From positions 558,001 to 622,000 of the forward strand of contig AP026129.1 in NCBI GenBank assembly GCA_030295235.1: a DNA stretch of 64,000 nt, given 5' to 3'. Shown in pieces: positions 48,976 through 61,413 of this stretch. Source of the stretch: Fistulifera solaris. Its lineage: Eukaryota. Below the pieces are notes generated by a model. The model had not been told where the DNA came from, did not search any database, and worked only from the letters and a program-made list of their open reading frames with translations. The translations under genes and the position numbers were made by a program. Position 1 is the stretch's first letter. The number at the start of each line of letters is the position of its first letter.

Positions 48976-51319
48976 TCAATCAAATCGAATCTTTTTGTTC
49001 TTTGGAGGGGCTGCTAAATCCCGCTCGGCCTTCGATCGCAAAGAATCCATCTGGTTCGCTTCTTCATCCATTGCAGCCCATTCAATTACTAAATGACGCC
49101 CATACAAATGGGTTCTAGACAGAGCCTTCATTGCTGCGACAGCCTCCTTGTTCGTTAGATACTCGACAAAAGCGTAGCCCCGGCTAGTACCATCGAACTT
49201 TCGGGGCATGCGGACCTTTTTTAGATGGCCCAGCGATCCAAACAATTGCATCAACTCCTTTCGATTTGCTTGGAACGGAACATTGCGTACTACAAGCTTG
49301 GTACTTTCCTTGGTTGAATTCACCAGCGGAGCTGATTTATGCTTGTCGGCTGCCGACGGTTTCACATCAAGTGCGTGGCCATCTACTATTTTTCCGTGAA
49401 GAAGCTTCAGAGCTTTGCTCGCGGAATCAGGCGAACCGAATTCAATGAAACAATAGCCCATCGACTGACTTTCCGAGAAAGATGACCCTTGTTTTGTCGG
49501 ACCTCGTTTCTGGGGAATGCGAATGCTGCGAATATCTTTCACATCTTGTGAAAGAAGTTTATGAAGGGTTGCCTCGGTTGTTTTGAAATTCAAGTTTTTC
49601 ACGTAAAGAGTAGGTGTAATCGACGCCTGAATTTCATCTTCGTTCTCATCCGCGTCTTCGGCTATAACAGGATTAGCATCTGGTCTCTCCGACTTCTTCG
49701 CGTCCTTCGTCACAGCTGCTAGAGGCGCCCACTCAAGATACAGTGGCACGTTCTTAAACCTGCGGAAAGCGAGACGCCGAAAAGCTAACTTGGCGTCATT
49801 TCCGTGGCTGTACTCAATCACAGCAAGAGTCTTTGACGGAGGAAGTATGATTGAAGAAGGTTCTTCTCCTTTGCTGCTAAACATCTTCGCCAATTCATCC
49901 TTTGCAGTATCGTGTGGAAGATTTTTGACTAAAATGGCCACGTTACTGCGGGTAATGGACGTAATTCCTGATGGAGAAACCAAAGCATCCATATTATATC
50001 CATGGTCAGCAAAAACTGGCGATTCTCCTCAATGATAGCCGTTTCAGCCAGAGCAAGACGAACCGCAGCGTCACCCCCTGTGAGTCCATCTTTCACTGCC
50101 ATGATATCACCTTTCCGTAAACCTAAACGCACAGCCAAATTATCCACGACCGCATCACCGCGCACATGACTTGCTGACCATCCCGTCGACTCATACAAAG
50201 CTTTCCCCTTCCGTTCTGCTTCAGCTTTCTCTTTGTATCCTCCACCCTGAGTTGCGTTGACAGATTTTGACACTGCTTCTCGAGCGGGGAGGATGTGTAA
50301 TAATCTGCCCTGAAAATCGGTCCCGTCCAGCTTCGACATGGCCGCCTCGGCGTCATTAGCTTTTTCAAACTTAACGAAGCCAAATCCTTTACTACGCTTT
50401 TGATCATCTGCAGGAATATGACATTCTAGTATCGTTCCGAAAGCAGCAAAGTATTCCCTGATATCTTCTTCAGCGGCGGTGAATGGCAGATTCCGAAGGA
50501 AAAGACGGTTTTTTGAAATTGATTCAAGTGCGTCTTCTTCAGGAATTTCCTGTGATTCGACGCTTTCCTCCTCGGCTACTTTATCTTTTGGTTTGAACGA
50601 CTCTTGTGACGTCTGTTTGTCATTGTTGTTTTCAGGTCCACCGCTGAGAGACTCTTGGAAGTCATCATCCGGTTGAACTTTGTCGAAGTTGTCGACTGCT
50701 ACCTTTTTCGATAGCAAAAAATCGAGATCCGACTGACGAGATCTTTCTTTCAGCGGGTCCGCGTCATCTTCGCTATCAGATCCGTCACTGAATTCCGTAT
50801 CAGAGGAAACATCTGGTAGCAATGGTGGGGCGATATCACCTTCACCTCCCCTCATCGACGTCGTCGTTGGCCCAAAATTTTCGCTTCGTTGTCAAAGTTG
50901 TCACTTTGTGTTTTTCCTGCAAGATTGGCGCGACCTTTTCATGCTTTTCCTTTGTTTTTTCCGTCTTTTTCGTAAACTCTGATTCGGCATTCTTCTCCTG
51001 AGTCTTTTCTTTTTACCGATGTAGCAAATTCGACAAGCAAACGCGAAGATTTGCAGTAACTTTTGTTTAGCTGTTCGACGCAATTGTTTGCTTGAGACTC
51101 CTCCAAAAACCCACAAAACGCTATACCTCGTGACTTTCCGCTTTTCGCATCTTTCAAAATCCTGCAATCTGTAATCGTAGTGCTAGAGCCAAGTCGGTTC
51201 AATAAGAAATTCCGCAAATCTGTCTCCTTAAAATCATGGGGGATGTTCTTGAGGCATACCCTCGTTTTCAGGACCTGGTCATTATCCGCACAGTACCGCT
51301 TTCTCTCTCTTTTTTCCAT
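48976..51319 (-). CDS. MRD1: Multiple-RRM rRNA-processing protein MRD1/RBM19 (several frameshifts)
   Basis: Five RRM-type blocks (RVCLKNIP, RLFLRNLPF/KGFGFV/FQGRLLHILPA, ILVKNLP/PLYLEWAP, LYVKNLNF/SMGYCFIEF, LVVRNVPF/RGYAFV/THLYGRHLVIEWA) and AAVRLALAET. Confidence 0.92.
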
Positions 51320-52214
51320 TGTTTGAACAAGACTTGCAAAGGAGCATGAACCATTGTATTTGTTCGTTGAGGAACAGTTGCCGCGTTTTTGCAAACGAAT
51401 GAATGGTGGGAAAAACAGAGGCGGAACCTTTCTCGCCACTAGGGTATTACAAACCGCTAAGACATCAGTGGTGAAAGCGATCCTCGACGACGACGACCCT
51501 CTCTTGCCCAACAAACGACTTTATGGGACCGGAAAAGTCTTTACGGTACGACATTGGTTTTCGGTGCAATTGCATTTTGCATTCTGCGCCAAACTTACGC
51601 CAGCGTCTGTACCTGTTATTGGAATCTCGCCTTCGCAGTTCTGGGATGCGTTCCAACTTCCAACTTCCATCTTGCAACGAGAAACGAGGTGACGTTTTAG
51701 ACACCCTTGGTGACGTCGGATTGAAAGACCTAAGGGTTCGCTTCTTTGATTGTCATTTCTGGGAACTTTGATCTAGTTTCAGAGCAAGCTTGTCGATCAT
51801 CGTTACAATTACCGTGCACCTTCCGCCACAACCTTACTCCAAGCTCGTAAGAAGATAGCCAAAAGAGCAAACTTTGACACGTTACCACAATATATTAAGC
51901 TGAGCTTTCGCAAGAGCCAATGAGATCGCATGATGTCGATTTAGGAATCCAGGTCGGAGGACTAGACTTGAATCGACTAGATTAATGAACAACCTTTCTA
52001 ATCTAAAGAAAGTGAATTCGTCTTCGCGTCATTTAGTTTATAAGCATCTATGTAGCTGTAAGTGTGATGGCGATTTCGTCCTTGATCATCGGATTCCGCA
52101 ATGATTAATGATCCAGCGGGTTCTTATATGCTCTCTCTATCTATATGTATGAATCTATCTGCAGCTGCAGTAATGGTGTCGGCACATCGGCTGAAATAGC
52201 AACGAAGTTTGCAT

Positions 52215-52675
52215 TTACTTGCGCGTCGGCTGTCGCAATACGAAATTGCGTGGCATGCGCAATGAAGGCGGAGCAGGTAAAGGTCGTCCTTCCGGAAGAA
52301 AGCGAGGAGGCTGGTACAAAGTCGGTGTTTGTTTCAGTGGCTGTAAAGGAAACTTTGGTACTGATTGAACCGACGAAACGGTGCGAACAGGACGAACGCA
52401 CTTTGATGCAATGCTAGCGGGAGAAATTGCCTCGTCTTCGTCATCAGTGATGGAAACGTGAGCCCATGCCTCTTTTCCATAGCCTTCACAAAAGGACGAG
52501 CTTGTGAATTTCTTGTATGGCTGGTAGCGGGATCTTTCGATAGTCCATCACGAAGCAATAGCAACGTCAGAGCTGCTGAGCTTTGTTGCTCTCCCACACG
52601 CTGTTTCTTCATCGCGGGTTCCACAACGTCATGTTCCACAATAGCTGGATTCGCAGGGCTAATTATTTTCGCCAT
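52215..52675 (-). CDS. Hypothetical low-complexity protein (one frameshift at ~52470)
   Basis: MAKII...KKQR...AALTLLLL continues after a shift into SITDDEDE...LPEGRPLPAPPSL...RK* (stop at 52215). Confidence 0.55.
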
Positions 52676-53298
52676 CTTTTCTGTTTACTGTCAAGCTTCA
52701 ACTCCGTCTAGCTCAATTGATGCGATCAGCGAATACTTTTGAGTGACATGCGGAACGCAATCGAAAAAAGTGACTTTGCCCTTTATGAGCTTCCGGAGCA
52801 CACATCGGAGTTTGAGATGACACAAGATTGCAAGGCTGTTTTGGCTGCGGAGAGCGGAGAGTGTCTGAAGGCTGGTACATTAAGTATCAGTGTGAACGGA
52901 AACGGGCGGTTACAAGTTGCAGCTGTGTCAAATCTTCACGAATCTATATATGCTAGAAATAATGTAGCGGTTCGGGTACTCTTTTGCTTATATATAGGTG
53001 CATTTTCATTCCCAAAACTTCCGAGCTATCAAACACGTGCGAAGGAATTGCGCATAATTAACAATCGTGCAGTATCCACTTTGTTCCCCCGGCTAGGGTG
53101 AACTTTCAATATCTTCTGACATTGATATAAAGAAGAAACGAATGCTTTGACATTCTCTGGACGGCTGTTTAATTTGGAATTTTTGTAGGGACGGCTGACC
53201 GTCGCATCGTTATTATAATCTAGAGATGAACTCTTCCTCTGACCTAGTTAAGAATATAGCTTTCTGATCAAATCGACTGGTTTTTATGTAGTTAAAGA

Positions 53299-54295
53299 TT
53301 AGCGCGCCTCGCCAAACCCGCCGTCGTTCATCTCTCCAATCGCCGCACCTTCTTCTCCGCTTCCTACTGTATTCAAGAGCTGACTTAACCACTTTTGGAC
53401 GGTAGGATCGTTGTGCAAAGCTGGTCCAAAAGTATCGTCACGAAGCGCTTGCGGAAGACATGTTTTCAAAGCTTCACGAGCCCTCGGATGATCCGCTAGT
53501 CGCAAATAACAGCGAACAACATGCTTCAAGAGTCGAACGGAGGGTTGAATTTGCAGTAATTGCACCATATTCGCGAGGACTGTCGAAACGGCGTAGAATC
53601 GCTCCGCGGTGGCGCATACGTAGTTCAGTCCAGTCTCTTCCAATAATATCTTCTGAACGATAAAAGTCGCCACTGTTTTGCTGAGTTCAGATCCAGTCTC
53701 CATAATTCGTAGACAAAGCGGAATTATTTCCGTAGACAACAAAAAGGAGATCACGTCAGCATCATCCACCTTGACCAACGCCCCAATCACTCCCAATGAG
53801 GTTAACCGAAGATACTCAAAGGGCCGCGACTTGGACTGCGTATTGAGAAAGGGATACAAGAATAGGGGAATTTGTGCGTTCAAAAATGGTTGACGTGTAT
53901 CGGCATGCGAAGCGACACACTGAAGCAAGGCGAGTGCATTGCAGACGCGATTCGACGCATGTGCCGTCAATGTCGGTGGTGTCAATAGCGGATAAATCGA
54001 AACGATTTCTTGTAGCAACGCGGCCACCGTTCCGACCGAATGCCACAAAATGGGGGCAAGTTCCGGAAAACTTTCCCGTTTCTTCGATAATTCTAATAGC
54101 ACAATTTCTCTCTGAGAAAATATTCGTAATTAGTAACGATTTTGCAAAGCGGGAAGAAATACATGTCAACGAGCGTGGCGTCACTCCGATGTCTCTCACC
54201 TGATCCGGGTCTGTTAATTGTTTTACCAGCGGTAAAAGTTCCTCCATCTCACCACTGGATAGGCTCAGCGCCATCGATTGCTGTAGAGTCGTCAT
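53299..54295 (-). CDS. CNOT9: CCR4-NOT subunit 9 (Rcd1/CAF40); intron 54112-54199
   Basis: [81 protein letters not shown]. Confidence 0.97.
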
Positions 54296-54696
54296 TATTT
54301 CAAATGTTTAATATTCAAGTCTCTTTTGTAACAGTTGATTGTTGTAGCAATAATGTTACAAGTGCTGCTCGCATCGCTCGCATCTATCACTACCGGTACT
54401 ACTACGTATGTACTTATTGGGAGTACCGGTATTCATTTTATTTACGCGGTTACGTGGCTTGACCGTCAACCGGCGTAACAAATTCATGACTAAAATCCAG
54501 TCGCAGAAAAAGTCGTCGACACTTGGGACCATAGCCAAGTTTTTGTACGATTTACTAAGGTTAATGCTATTAAGTCGCTGATTTTTTTGCGGCAAAAAAT
54601 GACCGCGTTTTGATGCTGCAAAAAATGATTTACTCCGTATTATCTTATTGCTTGTGATGATTGTAAAGTCCCTTTGTTATAACTTAATTCCCCAGC

Positions 54697-56190
54697 ATGG
54701 ATGTCGATGAATCACTGGATGAAGCAGTATTACTGGGTTTGCAAGAGGACACGTTTGTAACGGAGGAACAGCGACAAGAAGCTGAAGCTGAACGTCGGCG
54801 GAAGCAACGTAAGCAACGTCTCCTTCAATTGCAAGCGGCCGAGGAAGTATCGTCGGCACCCAACAAAGAAGTACCATCAAACCATGTTAGCATACCCGTA
54901 CGCGAGCCACTGAATAATTTCGCCGAAGCAGAAGACGACATCAAGCTAAACGGAGAAGACAAAGACGATGAGTTTGATATGTTTTCCAGTTCAGTTTCTC
55001 CTGTCGGGCAATCTGACAAAAGCGGAGACAAGAATAGCAGCAATACGCATTCAAGGGGTGATCATAATCATCAAGAAGATTGGGATGACGCGGAAGGATA
55101 TTATAAAGCCGTGATTGGCGAAACAATATCGGTTTTAGACGACTCGATTCGTTTGCGCGTTGCCGGTGTCGTCGGGAAAGGTGTCTTTAGCACTGTCATA
55201 CAATGTTCGACCATCAGTAACACCAGTAGTACTTCGCTACCACCCATAGTTGCTTTGAAATGCATTCGACACAATGAAACCATGGCAAAAGCGGCAATGA
55301 ACGAATTGCAGACTCTCCAAAAACTAAATGGAAGCCCCGGCATTGTCCCGCTCCTCCTGCCAACGGCGTTGACTCCTTTGGAACATAGAGGTCATGTGTT
55401 ACTGATATTCGTTTATATGGAATACAACTTGCGCGATGTATTACAAAAATTCGGTAAAGGTGTTGGGCTATCTCTACCGGCTGTTCGGTCATATTTTGGA
55501 CAATTACTGGCAGCCGCAACGCATCTTCAAAAGCATGGCATCATTCACGCGGATATAAAACCAGACAATATTCTAGTTAGTTCAGACTTCAGTGTGGTGC
55601 AACTGGCAGATTTCGGTTCGGCCATTCACGTGAACTCACCGGAACAAAATCAAATTACTCCTTACCTTGTCTCGCGATATTATCGTGCTCCGGAGATTGT
55701 ATTAGGCTTGACTCCTACATTTGCGATCGACTTGTGGAGTATTGCTGTTTCAGTGGCAGAACTATTTTTGGGTGATGTCGTTTTCAGAGGCCGTTCGAAC
55801 AACGAAATGCTGTACGAGTTCATGCAACATCTTGGACCCTTTTCGAATCGAGTCATCCGACAACACCTGGTGCAATGTCAAAAGTTCCCCGATGTCGTGC
55901 AGCAATTTCAGGCCTCGGAAGGGGCGTATTATGTCTTCTTGCAGCAAACAGTAGATGCAGTGAGCGGTAATGCGGTATACAAGAGATTGTCATTGCAACG
56001 CACGACGGAGGAACAGAAATTTCCACTGGCTACACCATTGAAACAACGACTACTGAAAGCCAAATCAGCAAACGATTCAAAGAAAATAGTGTTGCAATTT
56101 GCGGACTTGTTGCAAAAGTGTTTGGCTTTAGATTCTACGAAACGAATCCCACTCAAGGAAGCGTTACGTCACGAATTCTTTCAAAAGTAA
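54697..56190 (+). CDS. PRPF4B: Serine/threonine kinase PRP4 homologue
   Basis: WDDAEGYY, GKGVFSTV, NLRDVLQKFGKGVGL, HADIKPDN, DFGSA, ITPYLVSRYYRAPE. Confidence 0.93.
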   Translation: MDVDESLDEAVLLGLQEDTFVTEEQRQEAEAERRRKQRKQRLLQLQAAEEVSSAPNKEVPSNHVSIPVREPLNNFAEAEDDIKLNGEDKDDEFDMFSSSVSPVGQSDKSGDKNSSNTHSRGDHNHQEDWDDAEGYYKAVIGETISVLDDSIRLRVAGVVGKGVFSTVIQCSTISNTSSTSLPPIVALKCIRHNETMAKAAMNELQTLQKLNGSPGIVPLLLPTALTPLEHRGHVLLIFVYMEYNLRDVLQKFGKGVGLSLPAVRSYFGQLLAAATHLQKHGIIHADIKPDNILVSSDFSVVQLADFGSAIHVNSPEQNQITPYLVSRYYRAPEIVLGLTPTFAIDLWSIAVSVAELFLGDVVFRGRSNNEMLYEFMQHLGPFSNRVIRQHLVQCQKFPDVVQQFQASEGAYYVFLQQTVDAVSGNAVYKRLSLQRTTEEQKFPLATPLKQRLLKAKSANDSKKIVLQFADLLQKCLALDSTKRIPLKEALRHEFFQK

Positions 56191-56278
56191 TATTTCCGAA
56201 ACAAAGCCTTAGAAGTTATGTTGCAATGAATCCGCGTCGAATTACTAATATTTTGCGTTGATATACGCAGTGTCCTTT

Positions 56279-56751
56279 TCATGCAGACTTCTTTTTCTTT
56301 GTGTAACGAAGAGCACAATACTTGCACGATTCTACAGCACCGGGTCGAGCCAAGGAAATGTATTCAAGAGGATGACCCAAAGCACCGCCACCACCATCAC
56401 AAACCGCCATTTCTCCTTCCACTTCAATGATCGGTACTTTGTGTACCAATTCCATCGCGTTGCTGCGATGCTTGCCGAGTTTGTACTGTAGAGAACCATT
56501 TTGCGTCGGAACGATAGGTGAGTCCTTGTTTACATCGCTTCTTAACACATTTCTTGTGTTGAAGGACTACTCACCGGCGATTCTTTGTAAGAATGATTTT
56601 CCAAACGTTTCTCTTCTTTACTTCGATTGAATTCAGGGGAACTATGAACCGCCGGAGCCAAGGGAGGTCTTGTTGCCATCGAACGGACGGTAAAACTCGA
56701 CACGTTCCGCGGTACAAGTGCGTTGCGGGTGATTACCGTACAGAATTGCAT
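56279..56751 (-). CDS. NDUFS6: Complex I zinc-finger subunit NDUFS6 (13 kDa-A); intron 56486-56574
   Basis: Mitochondrial-type presequence; zf-CHCC CDGGGGALGHPLEYISL...CKYCALRY; the intron splices in frame. Confidence 0.92.
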
Positions 56752-57160
56752 TTTGCTCCTGTTCTTAACCTTTTCAACTTCCCACAGTATATGACGTTCA
56801 ATGCGATGCTTTGACTTATACAATACACAATCAACAATCAAGACATACAAGCAATTACCTAGTAAGGAAAATGTTACCAGTGCGCTGCTGCTCTGCTCAA
56901 CCCGTGGGAGAAGCGGAAGAGGGTTAAGAAACGCGATGCGACAAGATTAAGATGCGAGCGGTCAATTATCATAACCCCCACCTTATGTGGTGGTTGGTTT
57001 TTGTTAAGGCTTCGTCTGTCCTTACGTCGGTCATTTTAGAAAAGGACACCACAAAACGACGCATCGAACATGCATCGACGAAAACACAACGCCAATCGCC
57101 ATCACTTTCAAATCATCGGGGTGATTGATAAGCACAATAAACAAATCATTTTTCAAGAGA

Positions 57161-58300
57161 ATGCTTACAAATCTGAGTGTCTTGTTTTCGTTGAGCCAGG
57201 CTTCTTTCCTGATAGGTCCGTCGCTAGTATCCGCCTTCTCGGTTCAAATTCCGGCCCAAAGGACATCTTTTTCCTTACAAGCTAAAAAGCCAAGTCTCGT
57301 CTCGGACCCGTACGGCCCTTCACCTGACTTGCAGGTCAACAATATTGAGGAAATTGACGCCGAGGATGTCCCCGAGTTACGGGAATTCATGAGGGCGTCG
57401 GAGTTGCCCACACCGATTCCGCATCAACCGTGGAGAAAGGGAGAATTGGCGGGTTGTGAAGCACCCATTGCCGCAGAGTGGCGACGTGAAGCGGAAGATA
57501 TCATTTATAAAGCAGCGGAGCTAGTGGGTGGAGAAGTGCTTGATGTCACGTGGTTTTTGACCGCTGTTTTGATTACTATTGATCCAGATGTATTGCCAGA
57601 AAATTACATGTTCGATTCGGCCAGTACCGTCATTAACGTGAAAGAGCCCAGAGATCCAGTGTTTTTCGATCCGACCGATCCCAACCCAGAACCCATTTGG
57701 GATGATGAAGATGACGTTTTGTATCAACGCCAGACACCGGAAGAAATTGCTGAAGCGAAGGATCGGTTGGCTCGAATGTATGTACCCAAAGATAAAGATG
57801 ACGATTCAGACGAAGAGCATATCCCAGACAGTGATCCTAGGAAAGACGATCGCACCTTGTACATGAACGAAGAAACACGTAGTGAAGTGGCCATGAAAGT
57901 CACTGATGAAGCCCAGCTAAGAGAAGCAGAGAATGAACAGCCTATTGATATAGACAGTATTCGGATCAATACAGCTGCCATATCCATCATCGCAGATGCT
58001 ATTCTAAAGGCCTTGAAAGAAGAGGAAGACCGTTTGCAAATTTTAACGCGACATGAGGTCGTGTTGAGCAGTCCAGGGCCACCGGACGTAATTGAAACAC
58101 AACGGCAGTTCGACGCTTATCGCGGTACCCGTGTTCTTGTAGAGACAAAAGACCCCTTTGACTCGAATCGGACATTACTTGGGAAAATTGTTGACCGTAA
58201 CTCGATGGATCTGATTTTGAATCAAAAAGGTCGGATGGTGACTGTTCCTCTCAATTTTGTCAAGTGCGTTCGACTGCCGCCGTCTAAAGTAGCAGCATAA
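57161..58300 (+). CDS. rimP: Plastid-targeted ribosome maturation factor, RimP-like
   Basis: Signal peptide plus VSA-FSV cleavage motif; VLDVTW; EVVLSSPG...QFDAYRG..VLVET...LLGKIV...VPLNFVKCVRL. Confidence 0.75.
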   Translation: MLTNLSVLFSLSQASFLIGPSLVSAFSVQIPAQRTSFSLQAKKPSLVSDPYGPSPDLQVNNIEEIDAEDVPELREFMRASELPTPIPHQPWRKGELAGCEAPIAAEWRREAEDIIYKAAELVGGEVLDVTWFLTAVLITIDPDVLPENYMFDSASTVINVKEPRDPVFFDPTDPNPEPIWDDEDDVLYQRQTPEEIAEAKDRLARMYVPKDKDDDSDEEHIPDSDPRKDDRTLYMNEETRSEVAMKVTDEAQLREAENEQPIDIDSIRINTAAISIIADAILKALKEEEDRLQILTRHEVVLSSPGPPDVIETQRQFDAYRGTRVLVETKDPFDSNRTLLGKIVDRNSMDLILNQKGRMVTVPLNFVKCVRLPPSKVAA

Positions 58301-58666
58301 TGACGAATATATAGTTCCCAGCCGTTGAAGCTAGGTTGCGACATGGAGGACGCTTCTGTCAAGGACCCTTTTAAAGTGCTATTGAAATTGAACGATATTG
58401 CTGACCTCTTGGTAGTACTTAAATTAGAAATGCTTCCTTCGGAGAATCCATCGTACATGTAGTGAATGGCCTACCCAAGTAAGAAAGAATGCGAGTCGAA
58501 CAAAGGGGTAGAACTATGTGTGAAACCTTGAATCACGGAACTATTCTACTATTGCAATAGTAAAACGACAAATTGTTTTTTATGCTTTTTATACTAATGT
58601 CCGCTTTATTCTCTAGCGTAGATGGGCCAAAGGCAAGTCGCAGTCCTCTTGAGACATCTACCAAAT

Positions 58667-60301
58667 TCAGCATCTGCCCCCGCTTTTGCAACAAACGCAA
58701 CGGAGTTCGCAATCAGTAATAATCTCAACACCTGTTTCGCACACTTCTTCTGGGATCGTAGTAATTTCGGTAAACTCAAGGAATATGGTTTCTGATGATA
58801 GGAATAAGCAATCAACAATCAACCACGAGTATATAAAGAGATTGCAGACATATATTGACAAGCACGCCAGTGTTCTTACCGAGAAATCCCAGAAAGGCGA
58901 ATTCCGAGGGCAGCGTTCCCGAAAGCTGAGAAATTTCAAAGCTTAGTTTGTGCAGTTTGGGGCAATTGCCTAACTCTGTCGGTATGGTTCCCGTGACCTG
59001 CGAGTCGCCGATACGCACGTACTGCAGGTTCGTTAACAAGCCGATAGTCGTCGGTATGGTGCCCCAGAAATTACCACCCGAAAAACTAATAGAGTCTAGT
59101 AAAGGGTGAGTCATAGTACGCGACGCGCTGAAGTTGGCAACCCATGTTTCCTCACTTACCGAGCTCGGTCATCTGTCCAATTTCACCGGGCAAGGTTCCT
59201 TCGAAATGTGGACCATCGATCAACAGTTGACGAAGCTTGCTGAGCTTGGCGATTTCCGTGGGGATGGAGCCGCGAACTTCTGAGAAGCGAGTTTCAAAAT
59301 AAGTCAAGTTTGTCAAGATCCCAATTTCTGTCGGAATTGCCCCTCCTAAATCCGTGTCTTCGACATCCAAATGCGTCATATTCCGCCAGTGAAGTGCAAT
59401 TCTAAAGATGTCGCCTACAAATCGATTCTTCGCGACAAGAAACTCGTTGATGTTGCTGAGCTTCGCGAGACCAGATGGAAGGCTACCGGTCAATAGGTTA
59501 TTACTGAGATCCAACGTACGCAAATTCGTCAGTGCACTCATCGCTGGGCTGATGGAAGAAGTGAACTTGTTGGAACTGAGAAATAGTTGCTCTAGAATGG
59601 CGTCAGATCAAACAAACGTTGCGTAAGCAAAGAACAGTTCCAGTCGCTATAAACTTACCTAGATTTGTGAGTGTCGCAAAGGAATCCGATGTAAGAGCCC
59701 CATTCAGGTCGTTGTTACGCAAGTCGAGGACAGTCAAGTGCGTCAACAGTCCAAGCTCTTTCGGTAGTGAACCCGAAAGCTTTTGATCGCTCAAATCGAC
59801 TGCGATAAGATTCCCTTTTTCATCGCAAGTCAGGTAGCCGATCTCGCATTCACTGACAGTGGTATCATCAAGAAGATCAGCATATCCACCACAGGTGAAC
59901 AAAACAACGAGCAATGCGTATAGTTGCAAGACTCGGTCTTTCGTTCTCACATGGAATTGGTCTTCTTTGTACGCGAGATACTGAAGCGCTTGTGAGGATG
60001 GAGAATCGAGACGAACGAAGGCTAAAGGTTCCGACACATTCAATAGGATCGTCTGCAAGTCCTGAAGTCGTTCAAGCTTGGTCCTGGAGTATTCTGCTTT
60101 GTTGTTCCCAAGGAGCGGCAACGCAGCTGCGATGGCAATCACAAACAGCGAAATTACGCCGGTGATTGCCATAATCCATCGTCTTTGTTTGTGTTTCCCC
60201 TTCAGCAGTTGACTTGCGGTATCATGTTGATCTTCGACCAAAGGCAGAGATCCGCTTTCTACCTCGGTCAAAACTGCCGTGTTGCCTCGTTCCATTTCCA
60301 T
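58667..60301 (-). CDS. Type II membrane LRR protein, about four exons
   Basis: TM WIMAITGVISLFVIAIAAAL, SPSSQALQYL, VLQLYAL, LRRs in ORFs 59603-60301, 59152-59541 and 58812-59114, terminal DC...CVCC; same family as the gene at 1434. Confidence 0.85.
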
Positions 60302-61413
60302 GGTCGTGATGAACGATGGTACGTAAAATGAATGCAGTCATTGTCGATTGCTCTTGTTCGGCTTTCAATAGCGTAACAGGTACCAGGTAATACAGTTTAT
60401 TTCTGGGAATAAACATTTTTACTTACTTACTTGATGATGATCGGTTCAATAATGCTGTTTTCATTGTTTTGGTGCGAAATTCTTGGTCAATCAGAATCGG
60501 TGCATTTTGGGGGGGGGATGCGAGCTCGTGACTTATCCAGTCGTGACAAGTCCCAACATTTTTAGCATGCTTTTTTCATAACAACGTTACGCTCCATCTA
60601 ATACACGTGAAAATCAGAACTTTATTGCCATTCTTTTAGTATCTATGGCTCGAAAAGAGTGCCTTGGGCTGACCAGGTAATCTTTTTCGTGATGATTCTT
60701 TCTTCATAGAAAAATGATGCTTCATGACTGAAATGCTGTCGTGACAAAACGTCGCCTTTAATTTAGACCTATCGTAAAAAGGGAAGACAGCATGTCACAG
60801 GGACTATCAACGTTACGAGTCAATCATTGCATTGAAAATGCTGCACAAGGTAGCTGCAACAAGATAAAATACTGTTCTAGTCTATCATACTCACAGAACG
60901 AATAGAGGTTAGGTATCGGGGTAGCATTGGCCAAAGAAAATCAGAGTTCATGACTCAATTGCAGTCGTGGATAACTGGATTGGACAATTCGGATCTATAG
61001 TAAATGAAGGGAATGACAAGAATCTCTTATTGCAATCATGTTTGCCCGTAAAACCGCCACCATTCATCTTGATGGATCGTTCATGTTTTCAAGCCTTTGT
61101 TCTCCATAAACGGCCATCATGCAAAGGCAAGTTTTCATGATAATTTTTACGTCATAACGAACCTTGTTGCGCCTCGTGATTGCCGACTCATGACTGATCG
61201 TGATAGTTCACTTTGGTGTTATAGCGAATTTTGTCGCTCTGGATGGTCAAGGATCGCAAAAGAATTATTTTTGCCGCGGTCAAACTTGCGACGATCCAAA
61301 GCGAATGCCAAGGAGAAAAGAAAACTGTAACTGTCAACACACTCGAATCATTTTTTTCTGTGAAAGGACATTGTTATCCGTTAATAAAGCATTTAAATCT
61401 ATATCCTTCCATC

